From Selaginella moellendorffii (taxonomy: Eukaryota > Plantae > Lycopodiophyta), in contig NW_003314356.1 of assembly GCF_000143415.4 (NCBI RefSeq), forward strand, positions 496,001 to 560,000: DNA of 64,000 bases, given 5' to 3'. Position numbers and translations under genes: made by a program. The notes beneath the pieces are model-generated. The model saw only the letters and a list, made by a program, of their open reading frames with translations, was not told the origin of the DNA and did no database searches. Positions within the stretch are counted from its first letter, which is position 1, and every line of letters starts with the position of its first letter. Below, piece by piece: positions 24,068-35,296 of the stretch.

Positions 24068-25335
24068 GAAGTCCTAGAGGACAATGGGACTTGGTGGTCG
24101 GGCCTGTGAGCCTTGATCCAGTGGCAATGTTGGCGAACACAGCATCCCCATATCATAGGCTATTCCCCATATCTACAGGCATCCTAAGGATCCTAAAGAG
24201 ATCTCCTTTGTTCATGGCCGCATTCGGCAATACTGCCATTGAATCAAGGCCCACAAGCCCAACCAACAAGTCCCATTGTCCTTTGGGACTTCCTCACCAT
24301 GTGATTGTATCCTTAGTCACTACACTAGAGAACTACTCCTCTTCCTTTCCATAATTTAGGGCTTTGGAACAACATTTTGGAACACCATAGCCTTATGCAA
24401 GCCTCATGGGTACTCTCCCCACCTTTTGCCTTTGGGTGCTCTTGCCATGGGCTTAGAGCGAGGTTCCATTAAGCCACGCCAGGTATCCAAATAGGTAGTG
24501 CCACCCACACTTGGACTGAGAGTATCAACCATTCGACCTCCTGGGGGAGCTAAAGTTAGCTCTTGAACACTTCACCAAACTACCTCACTTGTTTATTCAT
24601 ATTCACTCTAGTTTTAGACTCCTTAGTGGATATATCATCACCCAACCCATGGGCATAGCCTTCCTATGTCACACTGGCCTTTCCTGGCCAAACTGGCTCT
24701 AACCCCCACCTCTCCCTACTGTACTTTTGGAACCTCTACAGCCGACTGCCCCCTAGGGGATGATCACTTTGGGCTTTCACCCAACAGCCTATATTAGTAT
24801 TCCGACTTGAATTCGAACTCGAATCTCAGACTCCATCACTCCATCTCAGGTTCATCTCAGACTCTATCTTGGGTCTATTTTGCACTCCATCTTGGACTCC
24901 ATCTCAGGTCCATCTTGGACTCCATTTCAAACTCCATCTCAAGTCTATCTTGACATTGTGTTGGTCCTCTTGTGTCTCTTTATCTAGAGACTCACTTATT
25001 GCTTGCTTCGTGCTTGTTCCTCGAGCACTTTGTTGGGAGTTCCACTCCTACTCTCGACTGTTCAAGTTGGAGCTTTTAGTCCAAACATGTTAGTCTCGTT
25101 TGGCCTCCAGTTCAACCACTACCACATGGCACCCTTTTAGCTCCACTTTTGGGGCTTAGGGATTTTGTGCCTCACAGTTCCTTGAGCACTTTGTTGGGAG
25201 TTTCACTCCCACTCTCGACTGTCTAAGTTAGAGTTTTTAGTCCAAACATGTTATGCTTGCTTAACTTCTACTTCGGCTACTATCATATAGCACTCTTTTA
25301 GCTCCACTTTGGGGTTTAGGTATTTGTGTTTCACA
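24068..25335. mobile_element. Rearranged family A LTR pieces (+ 24068-24200; - 24205-25176; tandem duplicate of the LTR terminus 25177-25335)
   Basis: Direct alignment by eye to 963-2821; two ...TCACA termini at 25176 and 25335. Confidence 0.8.
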
Positions 25336-28300
25336 AGTTGCTATGGACCCTTGGCCAAAGTGTGGCATAGTACCAAGTGTGGGGTGTGCCCCCAGGGTCA
25401 TGGTCAACAAGTTAAAGGTTTGGTGGACCAAATACCTATTGGTAAACTCATTAAGATATTTATATATGATGACTAGATGATCCCAGAGTTGATAATCAAG
25501 GACAAGCTCTTTGGTGGGTTAAGGAATGGTGTTTCTAGTTTATAGGGAAATGAATTATGACAATGCAATGATATTGTGAGTTCAAGGAAGTAATCTCTAA
25601 AGAAGGACCTATGGGAGGGTTGTAAGGTTAAGCTGTGGATAGAGCCCATAAAAGAAAATGTTAGGAAAACTTACTAAGAGTGAACTCCCCTTAGACTTCG
25701 CGAAGTAAAGTTTTTGCTATAAAACCAAAAGGATACTTTAAGTATGGAAATAGTAATCCTATGTTACTTGGTGCAAACAATCAAAGGATAAAAGCAATAG
25801 AGTAGTGGCCAATAATAGGCCTTGGAAATTATTGAAAAGAATCTAAATGATAAGCTAAGAAAAGAACCACCATATGGTTGATGCTAATGAATTGTGGAAA
25901 AAAACATGTTTCCCAAGACAGGATTCATATATGCTCAAATTTGGCAAAAGGTGAAAACTTCAAAAGATAGAGTAGCAAATTAGCCAAATGCAAAGGCTAT
26001 AAACAGCCTTAATTATGGATAAGTGGAACTTAGTGCCTAAGATGGCATAAACTAAAAGAAAGGATGATGGTGCCCTTAAGTAAAAAAACCTCCTAAGATG
26101 GGGAAGTGAAGTTTGCACAATATGTGCAATGTAATGTGTCGAACACATTTAGGAAATTAATTCTATATGTGAATGTTAAAGTTCCAAAGTGCATTGATTA
26201 TGTTAGTAGAGGCCAAAGCTACTCCAGAATAAATAGTAAGATTGAGATAAAAGTGTCTCTAATAAATTTAGTGAGAGCTAAAAGAGAAAATAGAAAGAAC
26301 CATCACAAGTGTTTTAATGAATCTTTAAGTTAGAGAGACTATAATGGGCAAAGCTTAGTAAACTTTTGGTGTTGAACCATTGACGAACAATGGCATGGTG
26401 CCATGGATGAAGATGATAATCAATGATGGGGTTATTTTATAAGATGGTTTATTGTTCGATGAGGACATCGAACTTCATCTATGGGTGGTGAAGTTGTGAT
26501 ACATAAATCCCTAATCTCCAAAGTGACTGACACATGCCAAGTGTTATAACACATAGAAGCGTCAAGACCAAGTCCAAAAAAGAATCCAAGATGGAGTTTG
26601 AGAAGGAGTCCAATAAGGAAAGCAAGATGGAGTCAGAGATGGAGTTTGAGAAGGAATCCCAAATGAAGTCCTAAAAGGAATCTGAGATAGAGTCCGAGAA
26701 GGAGTTTGAGATGGGGACCAAGATCGAGACCAAGACCAAGACCGAGACTGAGACTGAGACCAGGACCAAGACAGGGACCAAGACTGAGGCAGAGACCAAG
26801 ACTAGGGCAGAGACTAGATGTAAGGAACCAACTCCTCAAGGTGTCGTAGGCTAAAGGATCCCCGAAAGCACAACTGAAATGATAAAGAGTTCATCAAATG
26901 GGACCGAGTTCGAGATCGAGTCCAAAACCGACTCAAAAACCGAGTTCAAGATAAAGTCCGGGATCGAGTCCGAGGTCAACTTCGAGACCGAGTTCAAGAC
27001 CGAGTTTGAAACCGAGTTTGAGATAGAGTCCGAGATTTGAGATCGGGTCCGAAACCGAGTTCAAGGTCGAGTTCAAAATCAGGTCCAAGGTCGAGTCCGA
27101 GATCGAGTCCGAGACCGAGTCCGAAGTCGGGGTTCTAAAAGTATAGTAGGGATAGTGAGGTCTAGGAACCAGTCTTGAAGGAACTCTCCAGTAGTGCTTC
27201 CAAATTAGCTTGAGATTGAGATTGGGACTGAAGGGCCTTGGGTGGGAGTGAGCATGGACTCGGGTGGTGTTGGAGGGGCCACCCAAGGAAGTGCTTAAGA
27301 GCAACTCCCACTCTCGGAAGGGAAACCGACTGCGGTGCTCTCAGCTCATATGGAGTGGTGCCCCACTTGAGTACTTTGTGGCTCATTGGTCCTTGCTTTT
27401 CTTGGGGGCTTGGGCCTTCCTTTCAGGATGGAAGTGGGGGGGTAGAGGTACCCATACTGAGCCGTTAGGCCATAGTGTTTGACCCCGGCGTCCCAAAGCA
27501 AGTGTTGCACCCAAGGCTTGGGATTTAGAAGGTCCCATGATCAAGTCTTCTTGTACCAAGGGATGTTAGAAACCTAGAGGCTTGGTGTGCTTGGCTGCTT
27601 GTGCCTATGGGGAGTGTAGCCATACCTTAAGTCTAATCTAACCCGGGGAGGGGGATTGGGAGAGATTTCGGAATCTGTGGATGGATAGCTAATGCTCTGT
27701 TGTTGTGTAGTGAGTAGCTAAAACCAAGTAGGACCAAGTAGGAGCTGGTACAATAGGCGAGAACCTTGGCGATGGAACTTAGCTAATAGCCAAAGCTGTG
27801 TTAGTTGAATAAACGAGGTAAGCTAGCAAATTGAAAGGGAAAAATTTGTGGCTTACACTAAGTTCTAGTCTAAGTCTGAGTCCAAGTCCAAGTCTGAAGG
27901 TAAAAGCCCAAAGTGATCATCTCCCAAACTCTGAGGGGTTTGATGAGTTCTAAAAGGATAGGTAGGGGGAGGACTCTAATAAGAATAGTTTGGCCAGGAA
28001 AGACCAATGTGACCAAAGAAAGCTATACCCATATGGTGGGAGGTAGAGTTGACTTTTGAACACTTCATTAGTTTACCCCACTTATCTATCCATGTTCACT
28101 TTAGTCTTGGACTTTTTACTAATTATATCATCACCACTAACAAACCAAATGGTTGATGCTCCCAATCCAAATGTGTGTGGCACTACCTACTTAGACACCT
28201 AGTGTACTTCATTGAAACCTTGCTCTAGCCACATGGCTAAGGCACTTAAGGGCAGAAGGTGGGGAGAGTACCCACAAGACTCAACTAGGGCCATAATATT

Positions 28301-28871
28301 TAGAAATGTTGTCCCAAAGTCCCAAACTATAAAAAAGTAGAGAAGCAATCCTCTTGTATAGTGATCGAAGGCATAATCACGTGGTAAAAAAGTCCCAAAG
28401 TTCAATAGAACTTAGTGGTCGGGCCTTGACCCAGTGGCAATATTGGTGACCATAGCCATGGATGGAGAGGGAGTTAATGGGTACCAAAGAAAGGACATTG
28501 GAGAAGGGTGTTCCCCATGTCTTTGGGCATCCTAAGGATGCTAAGATGTGGTTTTAAAATGACCACTTATGAACAAATGGCCCAGTTTTTGAAAGATGGG
28601 ACTATGGTAAAGGTGGTTTTGGAATACCAATGAGATAAGGGTAAATGGACATAGTTTTAGCATAATGAGCTAATATGTTAATGGTATTTTTGAGGTATCT
28701 ATTATAGGATTTGGACCAAGTGCAAAGGCTGAGTGGCATAGATGCCATTTACTTAGCTAGCATGTCCTCAAGTAGGGAAAAAGATTTATGGACGTTGTGA
28801 GTAAATTTTCTCCAAGTGATTGAACGTGTAGTTAAGTGACTAAAGTAAAATGGAAAATTTTATTATTTACA
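25336..28871 (+). mobile_element. Old family A copy: 3' internal region (25336-26494) plus LTR (26495-28871), interrupted by a family B LTR
   Basis: Matches the reverse complement of ~6900-8150; PPT GGGTGGTGAAGT then TGTGAT; ends TTTACA at 28871; heavy CpG decay. Confidence 0.8.
26819..27857 (+). mobile_element. Family B solo LTR (1039 bp)
   Basis: TGTAAG...CTTACA termini; imperfect TSD CTAGA/CTAAG; own hexamer array at ~26900-27130. Confidence 0.8.
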
Positions 28872-30277
28872 AAGAGATCATACATGGGGTTCAAATATAA
28901 AGGAAAAATTTACATTTGGTAATAGAAGGGTCTCAAGTCTAACTCTATTGGTTGGCTAAAGGAATTATACCATATATTAATTGACATTTGGCAGGTTTAG
29001 TTAACTTCAGCTGGAGAGCTACGGCTCTCAACTGTCATTCATGAGGGCGTGAATTTGCAAAGAAGGGTGGTGGATTGTAAACAACCAAAAAAAACAATTT
29101 AAGAGACAATCTAAAAGGGATTCAAATATAAAAGGAAAATACTTATGAATAAGTATACACTCACTTTTCCAATTGGTTAAGAGTGTAAGGATATTTTAAA
29201 GTTAAATGTCCTTGGGTTTGAATAGTACTTGGTTGTGTGACCTCCTGAGAAGTCCAAATCCAAGAGTTTATAACATCCTTATGGTATCATCTTTTTTTCA
29301 TAACAAAAAAAACTTTATAAAGCAACTTACTTGATTGGTTATAACCTTTGTCAAGAACCTCTTTAAGTTGCTTAACCATCTCTTTAATATTCAAATAGTA
29401 TAGAGCCTTTATAGGTCTTTTAGAACCTAAAACTGATCTCACGGCCAAGAGCTTTAATAGCAAAACCTTTAGAAAGATATTTTGATTCTTTGCCAATAAT
29501 TTATCAATTTTTCTTGAGAGAAAGATCAACCCTATCACTGATTTGAACTAGATCACCATCACCCTCAGCTTTCATCACTTAAATCCAAAAGGTTCAACAT
29601 TAATTCTTAGTTTCTTTTTAAGCTGTTTTCGCAATTAAGAACTTAGCATCCTAAAACCTTTTATGAGTGCTTTTGCAACTGAAAGGACATATCAAGACAT
29701 CCTTTTACCCTCAAAATGATAGGACTTTATCTAACACTATATATTCCTTAAATATACTTGTTGAAGAAATTCATACTAAATACCATCTAAAAGTCTAGTA
29801 TCTTTAACACTACCAAATCTAATCTTTCTTTTTATTTGGATATCTTTATTAGAACATCATTAAAAGCTCCTAAATTAGAATTTCAAGTTGTTCTCTCTAG
29901 TTGCTTACAATCCATTATGCTTTCCTACAAATTCACACCCTCGTAAACCCAAGATTTCTTTGATATCAAATGTAAACTTGTGAGTTTAGACTTCCTGGGA
30001 GTTCACTTTATTTAGTATTACTCAAACCCAAGGACATTTAACTTTAATTATCCAAAGACTTTTAACAGATTAAAAAAGTGAGTGCACTTTTGTTTATAAG
30101 CCCTTTCCCTTTATATATAACCCTTATGGACCATCTCTCAAATTATTCTCTTTAGTTGCTTATAATTACTCATAAATTTCTTGGCTATTTGCCCACCTTC
30201 CACAAATTGGAAATGTATAAGTGACACTTGCTCAGCTTTCAATTCTAACAAACATCAATGGATTAATGCTTGCATTG
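28872..30277. pseudogene. Highly degraded gypsy gag/pol relics in both orientations
   Basis: Minus ORF 29287-29538 KQLKEVLDKGYNQSS..FVMKKR resembles the RT N-terminus; ~29060-29270 is an inverted copy of ~29970-30165. Confidence 0.55.
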
Positions 30278-30826
30278 TGTAGGCCATAAATTTTTCCTTC
30301 CCAAATTGCTAACTTACCTTATCTATCTAACCACCACAGCCTTGGCCTTAGTTAAGGTCCCTCACCAAAGTTCCCGCCTATTGTACTAATTCCTACTTAG
30401 TCCTACTTAGTCTCAGCAACTCACTACACAAACAACAGAGTGTTAGCCATCCATCCACGGTCCCAAATTCTCTCCCAATCCCCCTCCCCGGGTTAGATTG
30501 AACTTAAGGTTCACCTACACTCCCCGCAAGCATAAGCAACCAAGCACACCAAGCCTCTAGATTCCTAACATCCATTAGTACAACAAAACTTGATCATGGG
30601 ACCCTCTAAATCCAAGGCCTTAGGTGCGACACTTTCTTCAGGACACCGGGGGGAAACACCGTGGCCTAATGGCCCAATATAGGTACTCCTATTCCCCCAC
30701 TTCCATCCTGAAGGGAAGGCCCAAGCCCCTAGAAAGGGCGAAGACCAATGAGTTGCAAGGAACACAAGTGGGGCACCATTCCACATGAGCTAAGAGCACC
30801 ACAGTCAGTTTCCCTTCCGAGAGTGG
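30278..30826 (-). mobile_element. Family B LTR, 3' half only
   Basis: Reverse complement of ~27310-27857; same CATTG flank as the 34559 copy. Confidence 0.8.
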
Positions 30827-33800
30827 AAACTAAAGTCTGGTAACGCCAACATGGGAGCCTTCCTCAACTTCCCATTAAGGTGGATAAATACTGCCTCGCA
30901 TTCTGCTGTCCATACCATTTTATTTTTTCCCATTTGATCTATTAAAGGTAGGGTTACTCTCAAATAGTGTTTGATAAATTTTCAGTAATAGTTGCATAGC
31001 CCCAAGAATGCCCTTAATTCATGTACATTCGATGGTCATTCTCATTCCTGGATCACTTGGACCTTCTCAGGGTCCACCTTGAGCACCGTGTAAGCGACTA
31101 AATTTTCCATTCTACTTTAGTCACTTAACCACACCTCTGACCACTTGGAGGAGTCTCATTCACAACCTCCATAAGTCCAATCCAGGACTTGGGACTTGCT
31201 AGCCCCGAGAATGGCATCCATGCCACTCAACATTTGCACTTGGTCCAAGTGCTCCACGTGTCCGATCCCATGACGGACACTCAAAGGTACCACCAACATA
31301 GCAGCCCATTACGCTAAGGCCATGCCCAATCACCTTTGCCACACTGGTAGTCCAATACCACTTGCATTACCGTCTTGGCTCTCCAAGACTAGGCAAACCA
31401 TCCGTGAGTGGTCATCTCAGATCCACTCCTTAGCATCCTTAGGATGGCCACCGACAAGGGGAATAGCCTTCCCCAATATCCCTCTGTTAGTCCCCACTAA
31501 GTCCCTTTTTGCCCCTGGCCGTGTTTGCCAACACTGCCACTGGATCGAGACCCACAGGCCCGACCACTAAGTCCCACGGTCCTCTGGGACTTCCTCACCA
31601 CACGACTGTGTCCTTGGTCACTACCCCAGAGGACTGCTCCTCTTCCTTTCCACCGTCTGGGCCTTTGGGACAACATTTCGGAACACCGTGGCCTTACGCG
31701 AGCCACCTGGGTACTCTCCTCGCCTTCTGCCCTTGGGTGCTCTAGCCATGGGCTTAGAGCGGGTTCCATTGAGCCACACCAGGTATCCAAGTAGGTAGTG
31801 CCACCCACACTTGGACTGGGAGCATCGGCCAGTCGATCTCCCGGGGGAACTAGAGCCGGCTCTTGAACACTTCACCAAGCTACCCCGCTTGTCGGTCCGT
31901 GTTCACTCTAGTCTTGGACTTCCCAGTGGGCAGCTCATCACCCAACACTGGGTCCGGCCTTCCTGGGCCAAACTGGCCTTTCCTGGCCAAACTGGCTCCA
32001 CTACAGTCCTCCCCCTACTATACTTTTGGAGCTCACCAAACCCCCTAGGGTCTGGGAGACGAACGCTTTGGGCTTTCACCCTCTCAGGCTCCGGACTCGG
32101 ACTCGGACTCGGACTCGGACTCGGACTCGGACTCGGGCTCGGCCTTGTTATCGGCCTCGGCCTCGGCCTCGGCCTCGGTCTCGGTCTCGGTCCCGATCTC
32201 GGTCTCGGTCTCGGTCTCGGTCCCGGTCTCGGTCTCGACTTCGGACTCCATCTCGGACTCCATCTCGGACTCCATCTCGGGTCCATCTCGGACTCCATTT
32301 TGGACTCCAACTCGGGTCCATCTCGGACTCCATTTCGGACTCCAACTCGGGTCCATCTCGGACTCCACTTCGGACTCCAACTCGGGTCCATCTCGGACTC
32401 CACTTCGGACTCCAACTCGAGTCCATCTCAGACTCCACTTCGGACTCCAACTCAAGTCCATCTCGGACACTTCCACGTGTCATGTGTTGGTCCTTTTGGG
32501 TCCCTTTTTGGAGCCTCGCTTTTTGCTCACTTCGTGCTCGTTCCTCGAGCACTTCGTTGGGAATTCCACTCCCGCTCTTGACTTTTCAAGTCGGAGCTTT
32601 TGGTCCAAACGTGTTACGCTCGTTTGGCTCTCGCTTCAGCCACTACCACGTGGTGCCCTTTCCGGCTCTACTTTGGGTCCTAGGGATTTTGTGTCTCACA
32701 CACCGCCTTAGCACCCTCAACCAGCTCAATCTTATGTTTTATCAGTTGTTTGGGGGGTAATCTTACTAGTAGCTCCTTCGGCATGGTATCTTAGAATTGG
32801 TCAAACACCTACTAGATCACTAAAGATACTTTTTTTGTTCCCGTCTTTTTGTCACTCTTCACTGAGAGTAAGCACAAAAATACTACCTTAATTCCTTTAG
32901 TGAGTTGTCCTCTCGTGGACACCAGGTTCAAGTAGAAGTCTTTAGCCTTACATTGCCCTAACTTTAAATCCTAGGCCTCCACCCTAGATCGTTCTCCCTG
33001 AGCATTCACCAGTACCACAAGGTTCCTACCTTGTCCATATAAGGTTACCACAAACCAATTGAACCAATCCATCATGAAAATTATGTCAAATCCCGCCACA
33101 TCCAACATGGTGAAATCCATATCTACTTTCTATGTCCCTACTTTGACTCTTGCTTATTAAAGTACCTTATCGGTGCTTTGGCTACCTTGAATAAACTCTA
33201 TAGTCATTGGTTCACCCAACCACTACACCATTAGTCCTACTTGCCAAACTATGTCTGTAGCTATAAAATTATTCGAAACACCTGTGTAAATAAGGATCTT
33301 AACAAAGCTACTTCTGAGCTTCCTTCGAAGGGCTAGTAGATGTCACGAACAACTCTCTGCCAAAATTACTCGTGTAATGAGTAACTTTGAGCTAGGGACT
33401 GGATCACATACCTTAGTTTAGATTTCACCCAACTTAATGGCCATATTGACTTTGGCCTTCTTCGAGTAGGGACATTCCCTTGAAAAGTGTCCCACTTCAC
33501 TACAATTGAAGCATATGTTGTTTCCTATACTACTAGTAAACTTGACCTTTTCATCCTTGGGTTTGTCCCTTTTTGCTTGACTCCCCCACCTACTTGCTCG
33601 TTGGCCATCAAATCTACCTTTTCAGAACCCCAAAGACTCATTCTTAGAGAAACTTTTCTTGAATTTCCCTTTGCCATATGTCCCCTTTGGTTTGACAAAC
33701 ATGGACCCTAACCCCATTGTGTTCCCCTTTCACAGGTTATTATTGAAATGCACTTTGATAATTACATCCAACGCTTCCTTGTAGTTGGTTAGGTTCCAAT

Positions 33801-34250
33801 GTATCATCTCGCCATGAGCCCAGGTTTGTAAGCCTGATATGAAGCCATGGAATGCATCCATATCACCCATGTCTGTGACAAATATCCTTTTTGCCATAAA
33901 TATATTCACATACTCTTGAATGATTTCGGTCTACTTCAGCCTACTCAACTCATCCCTTAGGTGCAGAGTAGCATTCGGAGGAACGTAGGTTGCACAGATC
34001 CTTGCTTTCATCATTTCCCAGGTGGCTACCGGTCCTTTGTTGGCCTCTGTCGTTCTCCACCAAGATTTAGCATTATTTGCCAAGTATGGTTTTGCATATG
34101 AAACCTTTTTCAAGCTCGGTAACCGCAACGCTTGGAAGTAATCCTCCATATCATAAAATCAATCCTCCACCATCTTATAATCATTCACTCCCTTGAGGAT
34201 TGGTGGGGGCTTTGGTTTGTACTTGGGAACTACATAAAGGACTAATTCTA
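30827..34250 (-). pseudogene. Gypsy gag-protease-(deleted RT)-RT/RH linker relic, interrupted by a family A solo LTR
   Basis: gag MEDYFQALR..AKSWW..LRDELSRLK, knuckle CFNCSEVGHFSREC (~33470-33520), protease KILIYTGVSNNFI, then HKIELVEGAK-AV-LKVDPEKV..ELRAFLGLCNYY..APMLALPDFS. Confidence 0.8.
31089..32700 (-). mobile_element. Family A solo LTR (1612 bp)
   Basis: Plus strand TGTAAGCG...GTCTCACA; TSD CACCG at 31084-31088 and 32701-32705. Confidence 0.95.
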
Positions 34251-34558
34251 CTTCAATATCAAATGTAAACTTGTGAGTTTGGACTTCTTGGGAGTTCACC
34301 TTATTTAGTATTACTCAAATCCAAGGACAATTAACCTTAAATTCCAAAGACTTTTAATTGACTAAAACGTAAATGCACTTTTGTTTATAAGCCCTTTCCC
34401 TTTATGTATAACCCTTATGGACCATCTCTCAAATTATTCTCTTTAGTTGCTTATAAATTTCTTAGCTACTTGCCCACCTTCCACAAATTGGAAGTGTATA
34501 GGTGACATTTGCTCAGCTTTCAATTCTAACAAACATCAATGAATTAGTGCTTGCATTG

Positions 34559-35291
34559 TGTAAGCCACAGATTTTTCCTTCCCAACTTGCTGGCTTACCT
34601 TGTCTATCCGACCACTACAACCTTAACCTTAGTTAAAGTCCCTCGCCAAAGTTCCCGCCTATTGTACCAACTCCCACTTGGTCTTCCTTGGTCCAACAAC
34701 TCATTTCACGAGTAATGGAGTGTTAGCCATCCATCTATGGATTCCCAAATTCTCTCCCAATCCCCCTCCCCGGGTTAAATTCGTCTTAAGGTTCAGCTAT
34801 ACTCCCTATAGGCACAAGCAGCCAAGTACACCAAACCTCTAAATTCTTAACATCCATTAGTACAATAAGATTTGATCATGGAACTTTTAGAACCCCCACT
34901 TTTGGAACCCCCTGCAGCCCCCCTCCCAGGAGACACATGCTTTGGGCTTTCACCCCACGACCTGTATTAGTATTTAGACTCGGTCTCAAACTTGACTTCG
35001 GACTCGGTCTCGGACTCAGTTTCAGACTCGATCTCGAACTCAATCTCGGACCTGACCTTGGACTCTGTTTTGGACTTGATCTCAAACTTGCTCTTGGACC
35101 TAATCTTGGATCTCGGACTCGGTCTCGAACTTGGTTTCAAACTTGATCTTGGACTCCGTCTTGAACTCAGTCTTAGAGTCGGTTTCGGACTTAATCTCGG
35201 ATTCAGTCTCATCCGATAAACTCTTTATCATTTTAGTCGTGCTTTTGGGGATCCTTTAGCCTTCGACATCTCGGGGAGTTGGTTCCTTACA
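34559..35291 (-). mobile_element. Family B solo LTR (733 bp, internally deleted)
   Basis: Plus strand TGTAAGCC...CCTTACA; TSD CATTG at 34554-34558 and 35292-35296. Confidence 0.9.
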
Positions 35292-35296
35292 CATTG

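Noticed and set aside
15340-24072. Clean Tat insertion into one family A LTR
   Set aside because: The 3' LTR is truncated to ~27 bp, there is no TSD, and the family A flanks overlap by ~250 bp instead of abutting.
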